This document shows, piece after piece, positions 1-11,455 of a stretch of DNA of 64,000 nt. The notes beneath the pieces are model-generated. The model saw only the letters and a list, made by a program, of their open reading frames with translations. It was not told where the DNA came from and made no database searches. The DNA comes from Candidatus Liptonbacteria bacterium (GTDB lineage: Bacteria > Patescibacteriota > Minisyncoccia > UBA6257 > 2-01-FULL-56-20), in the NCBI GenBank assembly GCA_016867315.1, contig VGJV01000001.1:34863-98862 (forward strand), given 5' to 3'. Both the position numbers and the translations under genes were made by a program. Position 1 is the first letter of the stretch. Each line of letters begins with the position of its first letter.

Positions 1-166
1 ACAATTCACAAAACCGCCTTTCGCCTGTATTGCGGCGAGGAGCGGCTCTTTAAGATTCCAGGGGGCAGTCATAGTCGCGGACACAAATTCTCACTATGAT
101 AGCAAATTCCCTTAGAGATACAACCCTGCTTCGAGCCCTCGTGCCTGCCTGCAGCAGGCAGTATTT

Positions 167-1240
167 CTAACGGGACAGGGTGTTTTCCTCCTCCGTTTTA
201 GGAATTAACCCCTTATTTATTTCTTTTATGAGGCCCGGGCCCTTATAAATAAAGCCCGTGTAGAGTTCTACGAGGTCAGCCCCCGCGCCCAGCATTTGCC
301 TGGCGTCTTCTGCGGAGAACACTCCCCCAGTGCCGATAATCGCGAACTTCGGCGCGCGGGCCCGGATGTGGCAGATGATCTCGCAGGCTTTCGTAAAAAG
401 AGGCTTGCCGCTCAATCCTCCGGCTTCCGGAGTGTAGCCTTTCAAATTTGGTCGAGTGGTCGAAGTATTCGCCGCGATAATTCCCGCAATGTTATGCGTC
501 CGGCACACTTCGAGAATCGCATCGATGGCCTTCATGTCGAGTTCGGGAGCCACTTTCACTAAAATAGGTTTTTGTTTGGCCTCCGTGGTTTGAAGCTCAT
601 TCGCTTCTCGACGAAGACGCGTAAGGATCTGATCCAAGTGTTTTTCACTCTGAAGCTCGCGAAGGCCTGGCGTATTCGGAGAACTCACATTCACCGCGAT
701 GTAGTCCGCGTAGAGATAGAGGGTACGGAAAGAGTAAGCGTAGTCTTCGGCGGCATCTTCCTGTGGCGTGATTTTGGATTTCCCAATACTTATGCCAAGC
801 GGGATTGGAAGTTTGCGCATTCGCCGCAAGCGCGCGGCCACCACATCCGCGCCTTCGTTGTTGAAGCCCATGCGATTTATGAGCGCTTGATCTTCGGGCA
901 ATCGGAACATTCGTGGACGAGGATTCCCCGGTTGCGCATGGCGTGTAATTGTGCCCAACTCTATAAATCCAAATCCAAGTGCAGCTAACCCTCGAAGCAC
1001 TTGGCCGTTTTTATCAAATCCCGCAGCCAAGCCCACGGGATTCGGAAATTCTACGCCGAATACTTTTCTCTTTAAGCGCGGGTCACGAGTCACATAACGC
1101 CTTTCTATCATGCGGCGAAGGAAGGTGCGCTGCCCCAAAAGACGCAGAGACTTGAGCGCCCACTCATGAGCGATCTCCGGATCACGCGAAGAAAGACGGA
1201 AGAGAAGAGGGCGAAGAATATTTTCGTATAAAGACCCCAT
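167..1240 (-). CDS. pyrD: dihydroorotate dehydrogenase, class 2 (quinone-dependent); start moved to internal MGSLYEN Met
   Basis: N-terminal helix region aligns to E. coli PyrD N-terminus; class-2 motifs NRMGFNNEG, VNVSSPNTPGLR (Ser base), GGLSGKPL, GTGGV. Confidence 0.85.
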   Translation of the reverse strand: MGSLYENILRPLLFRLSSRDPEIAHEWALKSLRLLGQRTFLRRMIERRYVTRDPRLKRKVFGVEFPNPVGLAAGFDKNGQVLRGLAALGFGFIELGTITRHAQPGNPRPRMFRLPEDQALINRMGFNNEGADVVAARLRRMRKLPIPLGISIGKSKITPQEDAAEDYAYSFRTLYLYADYIAVNVSSPNTPGLRELQSEKHLDQILTRLRREANELQTTEAKQKPILVKVAPELDMKAIDAILEVCRTHNIAGIIAANTSTTRPNLKGYTPEAGGLSGKPLFTKACEIICHIRARAPKFAIIGTGGVFSAEDARQMLGAGADLVELYTGFIYKGPGLIKEINKGLIPKTEEENTLSR

Positions 1241-1511
1241 TTCGCTATTACCTTTCGCCCGCGTTGCCTGCGGTTTTCTTCGTACCGCAAGGCGCGACGA
1301 GGAGATTAGTACTTTTAGGTACAGCTCCGAGGAGCAACGCTGCGGCATGAGAAAACCGCTGCAACCCGGAGGGATACGACCAATTTTCTATATCCCTGCG
1401 TCGCTGCAGCCTCATCGTACTCACCAAGTACGCCGTCGGCTTGGCTCCTTGGGTTCTATAAAATTGGCACATATCGCGGGTGAAAATAATAGTGAAATGG
1501 GGTCTGACTCA

Positions 1512-2309
1512 TTACCTATATTGATTGATACCGTCACGCAGTTCGCGAGCAGCTTTTGCAGGATCCTCGGCAAAAATAACGCCTCGAGAGGAGTTCACGA
1601 TCATCCCCTTCTTCGCCTTGTTCACGCCAGCCTGAACCGCCGATTCGAGCTCTCCGCCCTGCGCGCCGATACCTGGCACCAGAAATGTCATCTCTCCTGT
1701 AATCGCGCGAATGGTTTTCATTTCCTCCGGATAGGTGGCGCCTACGACAAGCATGCAGTTCTCATTCGCATTCCACTCGTCGCGCACTTTTTCCGCCACA
1801 ATCTGCCAGACGGGCTTCCCATCTACTTTCAAATCCTGCAGTTCTCCTGCTCCCGGATTAGAGGTACGACATAAAATGATTGCACCCTTGTCCGGCCGCG
1901 CGAGAAAAGGCTCGAGAGCTTCACGACCGAGGTAAGGATGCAAGGTCATTGCGTCGAACCCCAGCCAATCCAATATAGAAGTCACGTATCCCCTGTTTGT
2001 GTTCCCAATATCCGCGCGCTTCGCATCGCAGATCGTAAAAATGTCCGGATGAGAGCCCCGGAGGTAATCCATCGTCATTTTGAGTTCTTTCATGCCCTCT
2101 TCGCCGCGCGCTTCATAAAAAGCGATGTTTGCTTTGAAGGCGGCGGCGAATTCGTGAGTTACGTCAATGATGTACTTGTTAAATGAAAATTGCGGGAACT
2201 GCTCTTTTAAAGATTTTTCCGGCAGCTTTTCGAAATCCGCATCGAGTCCCACGCACGCAAGGGAATTCACTTTGTCGGCCCGGGAATTGTATTTGTCTAC
2301 GATGCTCAT
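1512..2309 (-). CDS. pyrF: orotidine 5'-phosphate decarboxylase (long/type 2 form)
   Basis: N-terminal LACVGLDAD motif; 265 aa length typical of type-2 OMPdecase; 4-nt overlap with pyrE. Confidence 0.8.
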   Translation of the reverse strand: MSIVDKYNSRADKVNSLACVGLDADFEKLPEKSLKEQFPQFSFNKYIIDVTHEFAAAFKANIAFYEARGEEGMKELKMTMDYLRGSHPDIFTICDAKRADIGNTNRGYVTSILDWLGFDAMTLHPYLGREALEPFLARPDKGAIILCRTSNPGAGELQDLKVDGKPVWQIVAEKVRDEWNANENCMLVVGATYPEEMKTIRAITGEMTFLVPGIGAQGGELESAVQAGVNKAKKGMIVNSSRGVIFAEDPAKAARELRDGINQYR

Positions 2310-2950
2310 TTTGCCGCTTGAGAAGTATTTTTCAGGCTCTCTAAAAACTTTTTCCCATGGCCGACTTCGGTATTTATAGGAATCTTTCTCTCACAAAGCG
2401 GGCATTTATCCGGATCATAGGAATAAGCCCGATATTCTCCGAGCGCAGAAAACTTCATTCCCACCGAATTTTCATTCACCAAATCAGGATCTCGGTTCAC
2501 CATCAGGCAAAGATCCACAATTTTTCCTCCCGCTTTTTTCACACTGTCGATCGTTTTCTTCACGGAACCCCCGGTAGTTACCGTGTCTTCAATCACTAAA
2601 ATGTTTTTACCGTTCACTACCTTGTCGTACCCACGCTTTAGCACCTGATCATTATTTTCTGTTTTTTCCGTAAACATGCTCAAAACTTCTTTTCCTTTGA
2701 ACTTCGAGAGGTGGTACGCCGTCCACGTTGAGAGAATGACTCCTCCCACGGCAGGAGCTACTACTGCATCTATAGGAACGTCTTTATATTTTTCCGCGAA
2801 CATTCTTCCCACTTCCGAGACCATTTCCGTATGCGGAAACAAGGCATCTTTCGTGATGTAGGTGTCCATATGCCTTCCCGAAGTGCCCACAAAATGACCC
2901 GTCAAGATCGCGCCCACTTCTTTTAACAGATCCACAATATTATTGGTCAT
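2306..2950 (-). CDS. pyrE: orotate phosphoribosyltransferase
   Basis: PRTase PRPP-binding loop ILVIEDTVTTGGS; 214 aa; operonic 4-nt overlaps on both sides. Confidence 0.85.
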   Translation of the reverse strand: MTNNIVDLLKEVGAILTGHFVGTSGRHMDTYITKDALFPHTEMVSEVGRMFAEKYKDVPIDAVVAPAVGGVILSTWTAYHLSKFKGKEVLSMFTEKTENNDQVLKRGYDKVVNGKNILVIEDTVTTGGSVKKTIDSVKKAGGKIVDLCLMVNRDPDLVNENSVGMKFSALGEYRAYSYDPDKCPLCERKIPINTEVGHGKKFLESLKNTSQAAK

Positions 2951-4008
2951 GCCACTTTATTTTTTATTTCCTGCGCTAAGTAAGGATTCCACATCGCACC
3001 GGTCGCGGCCATCACCGCATCTGCCCCCGCCGCGCGATATTCCTCATAATCCTCCGAGGAAGAAACTCCTCCTACCCCCACTATCGCATATTTCATCCCT
3101 AACTCGCTGCGGAGCGCGTGAAGCCGACGAGTCATCTCAAGACCTGCCCATTTGATTGCGTGCCCACATACGCCGCTGCGCAATCTTCCCTCGGAAGGCA
3201 AGGCCTGCTTGCCTACTTTATTTCGGATCTCCGCAGGAATGGTATTGATCGCCGCAATCGCCTGCACAAGAGGTCCAATCCCTTCCACTAATGCACGCAA
3301 TACAGAGTCCTTTTCGAAGTACGCGATCTTTATAATCAGCGGAGTGTCCCCTATTTCTCTTTTAATGGCTTCTACTGCCGCCTTGGCTCGTCGAGCATCA
3401 TAGCACAAGAGCGCCGAGGAACCTTCATTCGGACAGCTGAAATTCGCTTCGAGCACGGGTGCGCCCGTCTCCTTCGTGAGCCGCGCGGCGTTCGCAAAGT
3501 CCTGCATATACCCTTCCGGAGCGCCTCCCTGGGTCGCCTGAAAACTCCCGACCACCATCTGCCCCGGGCGCGCATATGCTACCGCCTCCGCTAAATCCCT
3601 TTGCCAGAATTCCGGGGCGGCGGAGGGTACCCCAAAAGAATTCGTGATCGAGAGCGGCCCTTCATATTTTTCATCTGCTACGAGCGGCATCTCCGCTTTT
3701 TCGAGCGTGAGATCTCCCTCCACATCCACCCGCAATACGTTCGGCCAGGGGTGCGAGGCGCGCTCCTCCGTGCGCACCGTTTTATACACCGCAATATCAA
3801 ACCCCTTATCAAGCGCCGCCTTTACGAATTTCCCGTTTACGAGAGGACCCGCCGGAATCCCAAAGGGAATGTGCACGGACTTTCCTAAAAATGTTTCTCG
3901 CGGCTCGCTTTTTTCTTCATACACTTTGCCATCCGCAAAGACTCCAAACGGCCCTTCGGAAAAATTTTCTTCATAGGATTTCCGCGGGTCGTAGAAGGGA
4001 GTATGCAT
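2947..4008 (-). CDS. dihydroorotate dehydrogenase-like protein, class-1 family (DHOD/DPD fold) with about 40-aa N-terminal extension; start moved to MHTPFYD
   Basis: Motifs GIPAGP, ANFSCPN, VGVGGV; long ORF start would overlap folA by about 85 nt, internal Met leaves a 6-nt gap. Confidence 0.6.
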   Translation of the reverse strand: MHTPFYDPRKSYEENFSEGPFGVFADGKVYEEKSEPRETFLGKSVHIPFGIPAGPLVNGKFVKAALDKGFDIAVYKTVRTEERASHPWPNVLRVDVEGDLTLEKAEMPLVADEKYEGPLSITNSFGVPSAAPEFWQRDLAEAVAYARPGQMVVGSFQATQGGAPEGYMQDFANAARLTKETGAPVLEANFSCPNEGSSALLCYDARRAKAAVEAIKREIGDTPLIIKIAYFEKDSVLRALVEGIGPLVQAIAAINTIPAEIRNKVGKQALPSEGRLRSGVCGHAIKWAGLEMTRRLHALRSELGMKYAIVGVGGVSSSEDYEEYRAAGADAVMAATGAMWNPYLAQEIKNKVA

Positions 4009-4013
4009 CACAA

Positions 4014-4496
4014 TTATTTTTTCACCCACTCCGTAAAACGGAGTTTGTATGCTGTTTCTTCGCCGGGCTCGACAATTCGCTCTGAAGCCTTTTCCCAACC
4101 GGAGAAATCCTGCAGCGGGAATTTCACATCTCCCGGAAATTCGCCGTCAATAAACGTGAGGTAGAGTTTATCTGCGTGAGGCAACAATTCTTTGAATATC
4201 ACTCCCCCGCCGATCACGAACACTTCTTCGGTTTGCGCAAGCGGGAGAATTTCTTCCGTAGAATGAAATATCTCGCAGCCTTCGGCTCGAAAATTCGCAT
4301 CGCGCGTAATAATTATATTTCGCCGATTCGGGAGCGGGCGGCCGATGGATTCAAACGTTTTTCTGCCCATTACTACTGTTTTTCCCTTCGTCGTCTCGCG
4401 GAAATGCTTCATATCCGCCGGAATGTGCGGCCACGGCAGGGCATTCGTGTGGCCAATCCCGAAGTTTTTATCCATTGCGGCAATCAAAGAGATCAT
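4014..4496 (-). CDS. folA: dihydrofolate reductase
   Basis: MISLIAAMDKNxGIG N-terminus, GRKTFESIG, VFVIGGG motifs. Confidence 0.85.
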   Translation of the reverse strand: MISLIAAMDKNFGIGHTNALPWPHIPADMKHFRETTKGKTVVMGRKTFESIGRPLPNRRNIIITRDANFRAEGCEIFHSTEEILPLAQTEEVFVIGGGVIFKELLPHADKLYLTFIDGEFPGDVKFPLQDFSGWEKASERIVEPGEETAYKLRFTEWVKK

Positions 4497-4533
4497 AGAA
4501 AGTAGCAATTAGAAAATAGAAAGTAGAAGAAAA

Positions 4534-5472
4534 TCAGACGGCGATGGGGGCGGAGATTGGCGGATGAGGATCATAATTCTCCAGTTTGAAATCTTCATAT
4601 TTGAAATCGAAGATGGATTTCACCGCGGGATTGATTTTCATCGTGGGAAGCGGGCGCGGCTCGCGGGAGAGTTGTTCCGAAACCTGGTCCAAATGATTCA
4701 AATAAATGTGAACATCCCCGAAAGTATGCACGAACTCCCCCACCTTCAACCCCGTTACTTGCGCGATCATCATCGTGAGCAAGGAATACGAGGCGATGTT
4801 GAAGGGCACCCCCAAGAACACGTCCGCGCTCCGCTGGTAAAGCTGACACGAGAGCGTGTCGCCCACCACGATAAATTGAAACAAGGTATGACAAGGGGGC
4901 GGCGCGTGATGGTGATTGCGAATGAGTTCCTGAATTTCTCCCACATTCCAGCCGCTCACGATAATACGGCGGGAGGTCGGGTCATTTGTAATCAAATCGA
5001 TCACATTTTGAATCTGGTCCACTTCTTCTCCCGAAGGAGCGGTCCAGCGGCGCCACTGCTTCCCATAAATAGGCCCCAATTCTCCCCACTGTTTCGCGAA
5101 TGCATTATCGGCTTTCACTTGGTCCACAAATTCGGCCAGTTTTTCTTTCCAGACATCAGAATAGCGCGGATATTTTTCCACCAGATTATTTTTCTCAAGA
5201 TATATTTGATACGCCCACTCGTTCCAAATCTTCACATCGTTTTGCGCGAGGAATTGAATGTTCGTATCTCCCCGAAGAAGCCAGAGGAGTTCGTAGATTA
5301 CGGCTTTCAGGTAGAGCTTCTTCGTCGTTACCGCCGGGAAGCCTTTTCTAAGATCAAACCGCATCTGCCTACCGAAGAGAGAAACCGTTCCCGTGCCCGT
5401 GCGGTCTTCCTTGCGCGTTCCGTTTTCTTTGATGTCTTTTAAGAGGTCGAGGTATTGCTTCATGGGAATCAA
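4534..5472 (-). CDS. thyA: thymidylate synthase (ThyA, long form)
   Basis: [19 protein letters not shown] (catalytic Cys), [16 protein letters not shown] motifs; 312 aa like L. casei-type TS. Confidence 0.9.
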   Translation of the reverse strand: MIPMKQYLDLLKDIKENGTRKEDRTGTGTVSLFGRQMRFDLRKGFPAVTTKKLYLKAVIYELLWLLRGDTNIQFLAQNDVKIWNEWAYQIYLEKNNLVEKYPRYSDVWKEKLAEFVDQVKADNAFAKQWGELGPIYGKQWRRWTAPSGEEVDQIQNVIDLITNDPTSRRIIVSGWNVGEIQELIRNHHHAPPPCHTLFQFIVVGDTLSCQLYQRSADVFLGVPFNIASYSLLTMMIAQVTGLKVGEFVHTFGDVHIYLNHLDQVSEQLSREPRPLPTMKINPAVKSIFDFKYEDFKLENYDPHPPISAPIAV

Positions 5473-5530
5473 AATGGACTCTCGTTATATTCACTAGAGA
5501 ATAGCAGAAACCTCTTTGCAAGAAAACAAG

Positions 5531-6157
5531 CTACTCAGTAAAACGGAACGAGGAGAGAATTCCTTCGAGCGCCGCACTGTGCTTTTCTATCGCATTTCTT
5601 TGTCCCGCCACCTCCTCAGGCGTGGCATCATTTTTCCCATTCTGAATGTAGCCGCCATACCCCACGAGATGCCAGTATAGTTCGGACCGTATCACGAAGC
5701 AGGAATCGGCGTGAACCGTACGATACTCCCCTATTTCTCCTCTTGCCCCTCCCATCGCGGCATCCCCTTGCTTTGCCCCATACCACGTGGCTCCATTCAG
5801 ATCCTTAGGAAGCAACCTCTCTCCATATTCTTTTTTCAAACAGGCACCCGAGCCGGACGGAGCATTATCTATGCTTACGGAGAAGGTTGCGGCATCGAGA
5901 TAGGTTTCTTCCGCGCTCAATTCCGCGATTTTGGTAAGCTCATAATTGTAAAAGAATTCCTTTTCCACATTAGTATTCAGCCGATAGTTCGAAGGGTACC
6001 TGAATTCGAATCCGAATTGCGTATTCTTGTACACGTTCCAACCACCTCTCGCCACCTCCTCCGCCGGGATTGAAGGCTGGCCGGAAAGATAGAGTATCGA
6101 GCCGGCTCCCAATATCACAAAGGCGAAAATTATTGATAGCGCTTCTTGCTTTTTCAT
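5531..6157 (-). CDS. hypothetical membrane-anchored/secreted protein (YxNxxYGFExxYP motif family)
   Basis: N-terminal hydrophobic segment; motif GWNVYKNTQFGFEFRYP shared with ORFs 6952-8109 and 8121-9101. Confidence 0.55.
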   Translation of the reverse strand: MKKQEALSIIFAFVILGAGSILYLSGQPSIPAEEVARGGWNVYKNTQFGFEFRYPSNYRLNTNVEKEFFYNYELTKIAELSAEETYLDAATFSVSIDNAPSGSGACLKKEYGERLLPKDLNGATWYGAKQGDAAMGGARGEIGEYRTVHADSCFVIRSELYWHLVGYGGYIQNGKNDATPEEVAGQRNAIEKHSAALEGILSSFRFTE

Positions 6158-6159
6158 AA

Positions 6160-6948
6160 TTATTGAATCGCGGTGAATGGAACAGGAGTAACCGATAGAG
6201 AGCGTAAATGCCTTACTATCATATCAAATACCATTTGAGCATCCTCTGTCCCCCCTTGCGGCCAGAGATTGCGCGCATTAGGTTCGCACTCTTTACTTTG
6301 ATCCATTAAATCCGAAAGTAGCTGGTCGTAGATTTGAAAACGGCCTGTCACGTAAATATGTTTTCCTTCCACCACTCCCGCCATTTCCACCCATATGTTT
6401 GGCCAGTAGCACGGAGATTGAGTACTGCCGGAACTCAATTTGGCAATCCCCGAAAGCACCCCGTCCGCACTCTCCACATACGCCGAATCCGGGTCGGTGA
6501 CGATTTTGGTTTTTCTTAACTCCATGAGCCCCTCAAATTCTGCGCGCGTTATAGACAATTCATACTTAGGAGAATCCAGGGCTTCAGTCACGTTATAGAA
6601 TTCCAGATAATTTTCGGGTTTGTAATCAGCCCCTTTTTCAACAGGGTTTCGCGGATAGGGCACGAATGAGAAAATTGCGAGTGTATCGTTGAAGGTGTCG
6701 AACACTATTTTGTCGGAAGGAGAAATAGTCGTTCTCCATTGAATTGGGGCGCTCAATCCAATCTCCAATTTCGGGCCGCCGTTTACAATAGGATGCGTGA
6801 TATGGATTATCTTTTCGACTTCTTCGGATTTTTGGGCAATTTCTTCTCCCGGGGCATAGGTATTCACAAGAATAATTCCCCCGCCCAGCATTACTACCGT
6901 AGCAAGGAAGACTCCTATAGCAATATTTTTAAAATTAGGTTCGGTCAT
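6160..6948 (-). CDS. hypothetical membrane-anchored protein
   Basis: Single N-terminal TM (IAIGVFLATVVMLGGGIILV); no recognisable domain; tightly packed with neighbours. Confidence 0.5.
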   Translation of the reverse strand: MTEPNFKNIAIGVFLATVVMLGGGIILVNTYAPGEEIAQKSEEVEKIIHITHPIVNGGPKLEIGLSAPIQWRTTISPSDKIVFDTFNDTLAIFSFVPYPRNPVEKGADYKPENYLEFYNVTEALDSPKYELSITRAEFEGLMELRKTKIVTDPDSAYVESADGVLSGIAKLSSGSTQSPCYWPNIWVEMAGVVEGKHIYVTGRFQIYDQLLSDLMDQSKECEPNARNLWPQGGTEDAQMVFDMIVRHLRSLSVTPVPFTAIQ

Positions 6949-6951
6949 GGT

Positions 6952-8109
6952 TTAAAAAAATTTTAGCGTTTGAAGCATTTGGCGCAGCGCTGCGTGCACC
7001 TTATCGTTCTCCTCGCTCAGCGTGGGATTGGTCCAGTCCATCCCCTGAGCAATCGAGTCGAACCGATATACGTACGGGGCGGCGATATGGTAGTAGGCGA
7101 ATCCCAAGGTGCCTTCGAACCGCGTCGTCCGTATCCAATGAAACTCTTTGCCGTTTACCTTTCTTTTTTTGAAATCCGAGAAAGAAGGACGCACGCCGCT
7201 CGGATCGAGATATGTATTCTCTATTATAACTCTTTCCGCTGAGGAATCGTGAGGGATAGGGAATCGGCTCACAATCAGCAGTTCGTCCGGAATATTCGCT
7301 CGAATAGTAAAGTTTTCAAGCGCCACAATCGTCGAGGTGCCGTTATAGCGGCTCCACGGCGCCGAGGGCGAGGCCTTCGTAAAACGAGCGAGGTATTCAA
7401 AAGCAATGCCCAATTCCTGATCTTCATATCTTCTCCTTCCCTCTTCCGTGCCGGTTTTTATTACCCGGAATGTTTGCACTATTTCTTCAAAAGCGCTTCG
7501 GAACGGAGCGGGGTCGTAGGCTTTTATGGTGGGGTTTTTTTCGCGCAGAACACTCAAGCTTTTACTGTGAGCAATAAGCGAGAGTAAAAAGCAGGTACCT
7601 TCCTTCACTGCCGCATACCGCGTAATATCATATAAATTTCCCGCGGCTCCTTCTCCTACCGTAGCCCGGCGGAAGATCATCTCACCCACCGTCACATCTT
7701 CATATTTTGCCTTCCCATTCCCATAATCCTCCACTTCGTTACCGAATATTTTCCAGCACGTGGATTCTTGGGAAACTTTTTTTGCTCCTGCATAGATTGT
7801 CGCAGCCGAAAGGTTTGTGCCTTTATGGTAACGCTCCGGGAAAGTGACCTTGAGCATCACGCTTGAAGGGAGCCCATCCAAATCTTCTGCCGCCAAATTT
7901 TGCGTAGGGCTGTCGTCGAAATCACTCGGGTACTGAATTTCAAATCCATATTGGGCATTTCGGTAGGTATTCAAGGTGGAAGAAGCTACGACTTCCAATT
8001 CCACGAGCGGGCCGCTGTCCTTGGCGCTTCGGAAGATTACAATTCCGATTACCGCTACGAGCAGCACTCCTATCGCTACTCCTATGCTTTTAGGAGAAAA
8101 TCGAAACAT
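6952..8109 (-). CDS. hypothetical secreted protein (YxNxxYGFExxYP motif family)
   Basis: N-terminal TM/signal; motif LNTYRNAQYGFEIQYP near N-terminus. Confidence 0.55.
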   Translation of the reverse strand: MFRFSPKSIGVAIGVLLVAVIGIVIFRSAKDSGPLVELEVVASSTLNTYRNAQYGFEIQYPSDFDDSPTQNLAAEDLDGLPSSVMLKVTFPERYHKGTNLSAATIYAGAKKVSQESTCWKIFGNEVEDYGNGKAKYEDVTVGEMIFRRATVGEGAAGNLYDITRYAAVKEGTCFLLSLIAHSKSLSVLREKNPTIKAYDPAPFRSAFEEIVQTFRVIKTGTEEGRRRYEDQELGIAFEYLARFTKASPSAPWSRYNGTSTIVALENFTIRANIPDELLIVSRFPIPHDSSAERVIIENTYLDPSGVRPSFSDFKKRKVNGKEFHWIRTTRFEGTLGFAYYHIAAPYVYRFDSIAQGMDWTNPTLSEENDKVHAALRQMLQTLKFF

Positions 8110-8120
8110 TTATCCGGCAG

Positions 8121-9101
8121 CTAGAAAAGCCTCAAAGTCTCGAGAATTTTTTTCGCGTCCCCCTCTGCGTTCGCATATCTCACCTCAAGCACCGTGTCTT
8201 TTAAAACAATATAATAATTCCCCCATGTGCCAACATCTCCCGTTCCGCTCCGGATAAATTGAATATTTCCTATTATTCCTTCTTCGAAGACGGAGTAGAG
8301 CCCCAACTTCAATACCCGTTCGTGTTCGGCTTTCAATGCTTCCGCCAAACGCGCGTATGAACCTCCATATTTTTTATAAGAGCTGTCGTCTATTACAAGG
8401 CTTATGGTCTTAGAGCCTTCGATCTCATTGTGGGGCTTCTCGATACACATCAGCGGAACTTCTCCTTCTTTGTATCTTTTATTAGGAAGACATTCTCCCC
8501 AGCCAGACTCATATTTTATTTCAAAGCCGTATTTCTCATTTTTATAGGTGCTCCATCCTTCCACCAACTTGTCGCCCACCAAGGTATAGGAGGTGGATTT
8601 AGGCATCGAAGGACAGCACATTCCGTCATTTGGCCCATGCGCTATCATATCAAGCTTTATCGTGCCGTGTTCGATTTTTAAAGAATTTACTTTTATCCTA
8701 TCCCCCAAGCTTATTTCGGTAAGGTATTTCGCTTCTCCAGCCTCGCTTACAAATACTCCGAGGCTCATGAATACCCCAGTGCCTCCCAAATATTTTGCGA
8801 GGATTACTGCACCATCAGAGACTCCGTCTCCATTCAAATCTCCAAACCCTACGGGCTCCCTTATGCCAAGCGATACCGCCGTATTTGGCTCTCCGTCTCC
8901 TTTACCGACATATTTCATGCCCTCATAACCACCATCCACGAGTTGCACTTTTTCATCCTCCCATGGCACTGCCGCGTTTTTTATTTGGGAGAGTGTTAAG
9001 GGAAATTCCGGCATAATTATTGCCATGTTCTCCCGTCGTTCCATATCTACAATAATAATTCCGCCGATCAGGAAGATAGCCGTGCATAACACGATCATCA
9101 A
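8121..9101 (-). CDS. hypothetical membrane-anchored protein (YxNxxYGFExxYP motif family, motif internal)
   Basis: N-terminal TM; motif GWSTYKNEKYGFEIKYE at about residue 190. Confidence 0.55.
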   Translation of the reverse strand: MMIVLCTAIFLIGGIIIVDMERRENMAIIMPEFPLTLSQIKNAAVPWEDEKVQLVDGGYEGMKYVGKGDGEPNTAVSLGIREPVGFGDLNGDGVSDGAVILAKYLGGTGVFMSLGVFVSEAGEAKYLTEISLGDRIKVNSLKIEHGTIKLDMIAHGPNDGMCCPSMPKSTSYTLVGDKLVEGWSTYKNEKYGFEIKYESGWGECLPNKRYKEGEVPLMCIEKPHNEIEGSKTISLVIDDSSYKKYGGSYARLAEALKAEHERVLKLGLYSVFEEGIIGNIQFIRSGTGDVGTWGNYYIVLKDTVLEVRYANAEGDAKKILETLRLF

Positions 9102-9196
9102 AATTCCATGTGCGAATCGCTCGTTCGATATTATGCTCTAAGTGTATACCAAAACTGCAGCAAGTAGAAAGTAGCATGTAGCGAGTAGTACACATC

Positions 9197-9229
9197 AAAA
9201 ATCCCTCCATTATATATGAAGGGATTTTT
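9197..9229. terminator. hairpin downstream of groEL (AAAAATCCCT...AGGGATTTTT), possible bidirectional intrinsic terminator
   Basis: Perfect 10-bp inverted repeat with 13-nt loop flanked by A/T runs, 27 nt after groEL stop. Confidence 0.45.
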
Positions 9230-9255
9230 GGTTCAGAAAAGCTCCTTACGCAATC

Positions 9256-11038
<1,783 letters not shown>

Positions 11039-11329
11039 TTACTCGATAATCGCGAGGATGTCCTCCTCGTCGCCCACGAGATACTTCTTCCCCTCGATTT
11101 CAATCTCGTCAGGACCATACTTCTTGAAGAGCACTACATCGCCGACCTTCACCGACATAGATACCCGCTCCCCTTTCTCATTCAACTTACCAGGACCCAC
11201 TGCCACTACTTTTCCCCGAATCGGCTTTTCCTTTTCTGCCGTCTCCGGAAGTACTATCCCTGACTTCGTCTTCTTCTCTTCCTCTAACCCTTCGAGAAAC
11301 AAATGATTAGATAATGGTTTGAGATTCAT
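11039..11329 (-). CDS. groS: co-chaperonin GroES (Cpn10)
   Basis: 96 aa; KPLxDRVLV-type N-terminus, GKVVAVGPG mobile-loop region. Confidence 0.9.
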   Translation of the reverse strand: MNLKPLSNHLFLEGLEEEKKTKSGIVLPETAEKEKPIRGKVVAVGPGKLNEKGERVSMSVKVGDVVLFKKYGPDEIEIEGKKYLVGDEEDILAIIE

Positions 11330-11421
11330 TGAACGTATGACCTATGACAAATAACCAATGACCAAGAAGGAACCCGAATCCCTCGTCACAAGCCATCTGT
11401 CATCAGTCATTTGTTAATGAC

Positions 11422-11447
11422 TGGCACTCCCGACTAAAGAGTGCTAA
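11422..11447 (-). promoter_or_regulatory. CIRCE operator (HrcA binding site) upstream of groES
   Basis: TGGCACTC-N9-GAGTGCTAA matches CIRCE consensus TTAGCACTC-N9-GAGTGCTAA (right half perfect, left half 7/9). Confidence 0.6.
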
Positions 11448-11455
11448 CAGGAGGT

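Noticed and set aside
1-72. Possible 5'-truncated minus-strand ORF start (MTAPWNLKEPLLAAIQAKGGFVNC) at the window edge
   Set aside because: Only 24 codons are visible, with no clear RBS or motif, which is insufficient to call a gene.
161-177. TTCTAACGGGACA after the pyrD stop resembling the MITE TIR (CTCTAACGGGAT)
   Set aside because: Only a 9-10 nt match, with no partner TIR or palindrome nearby. The expected chance frequency of a 9-mer in 128 kb (both strands) is about 0.5.
2306-2450. CPLCERKIP stretch at the PyrE C-terminus as an added zinc-ribbon domain
   Set aside because: Total length (214 aa) equals ordinary type-I OPRTase. Only one CxxC is present, so no domain gain is supported.
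4564-5442. Long antisense ORFs opposite thyA (4564-5442), groEL (9398-9883), rnj (60835-61749) and others in the track
   Set aside because: Each is the antisense shadow of a strongly supported conserved gene, with no independent motif or start context.
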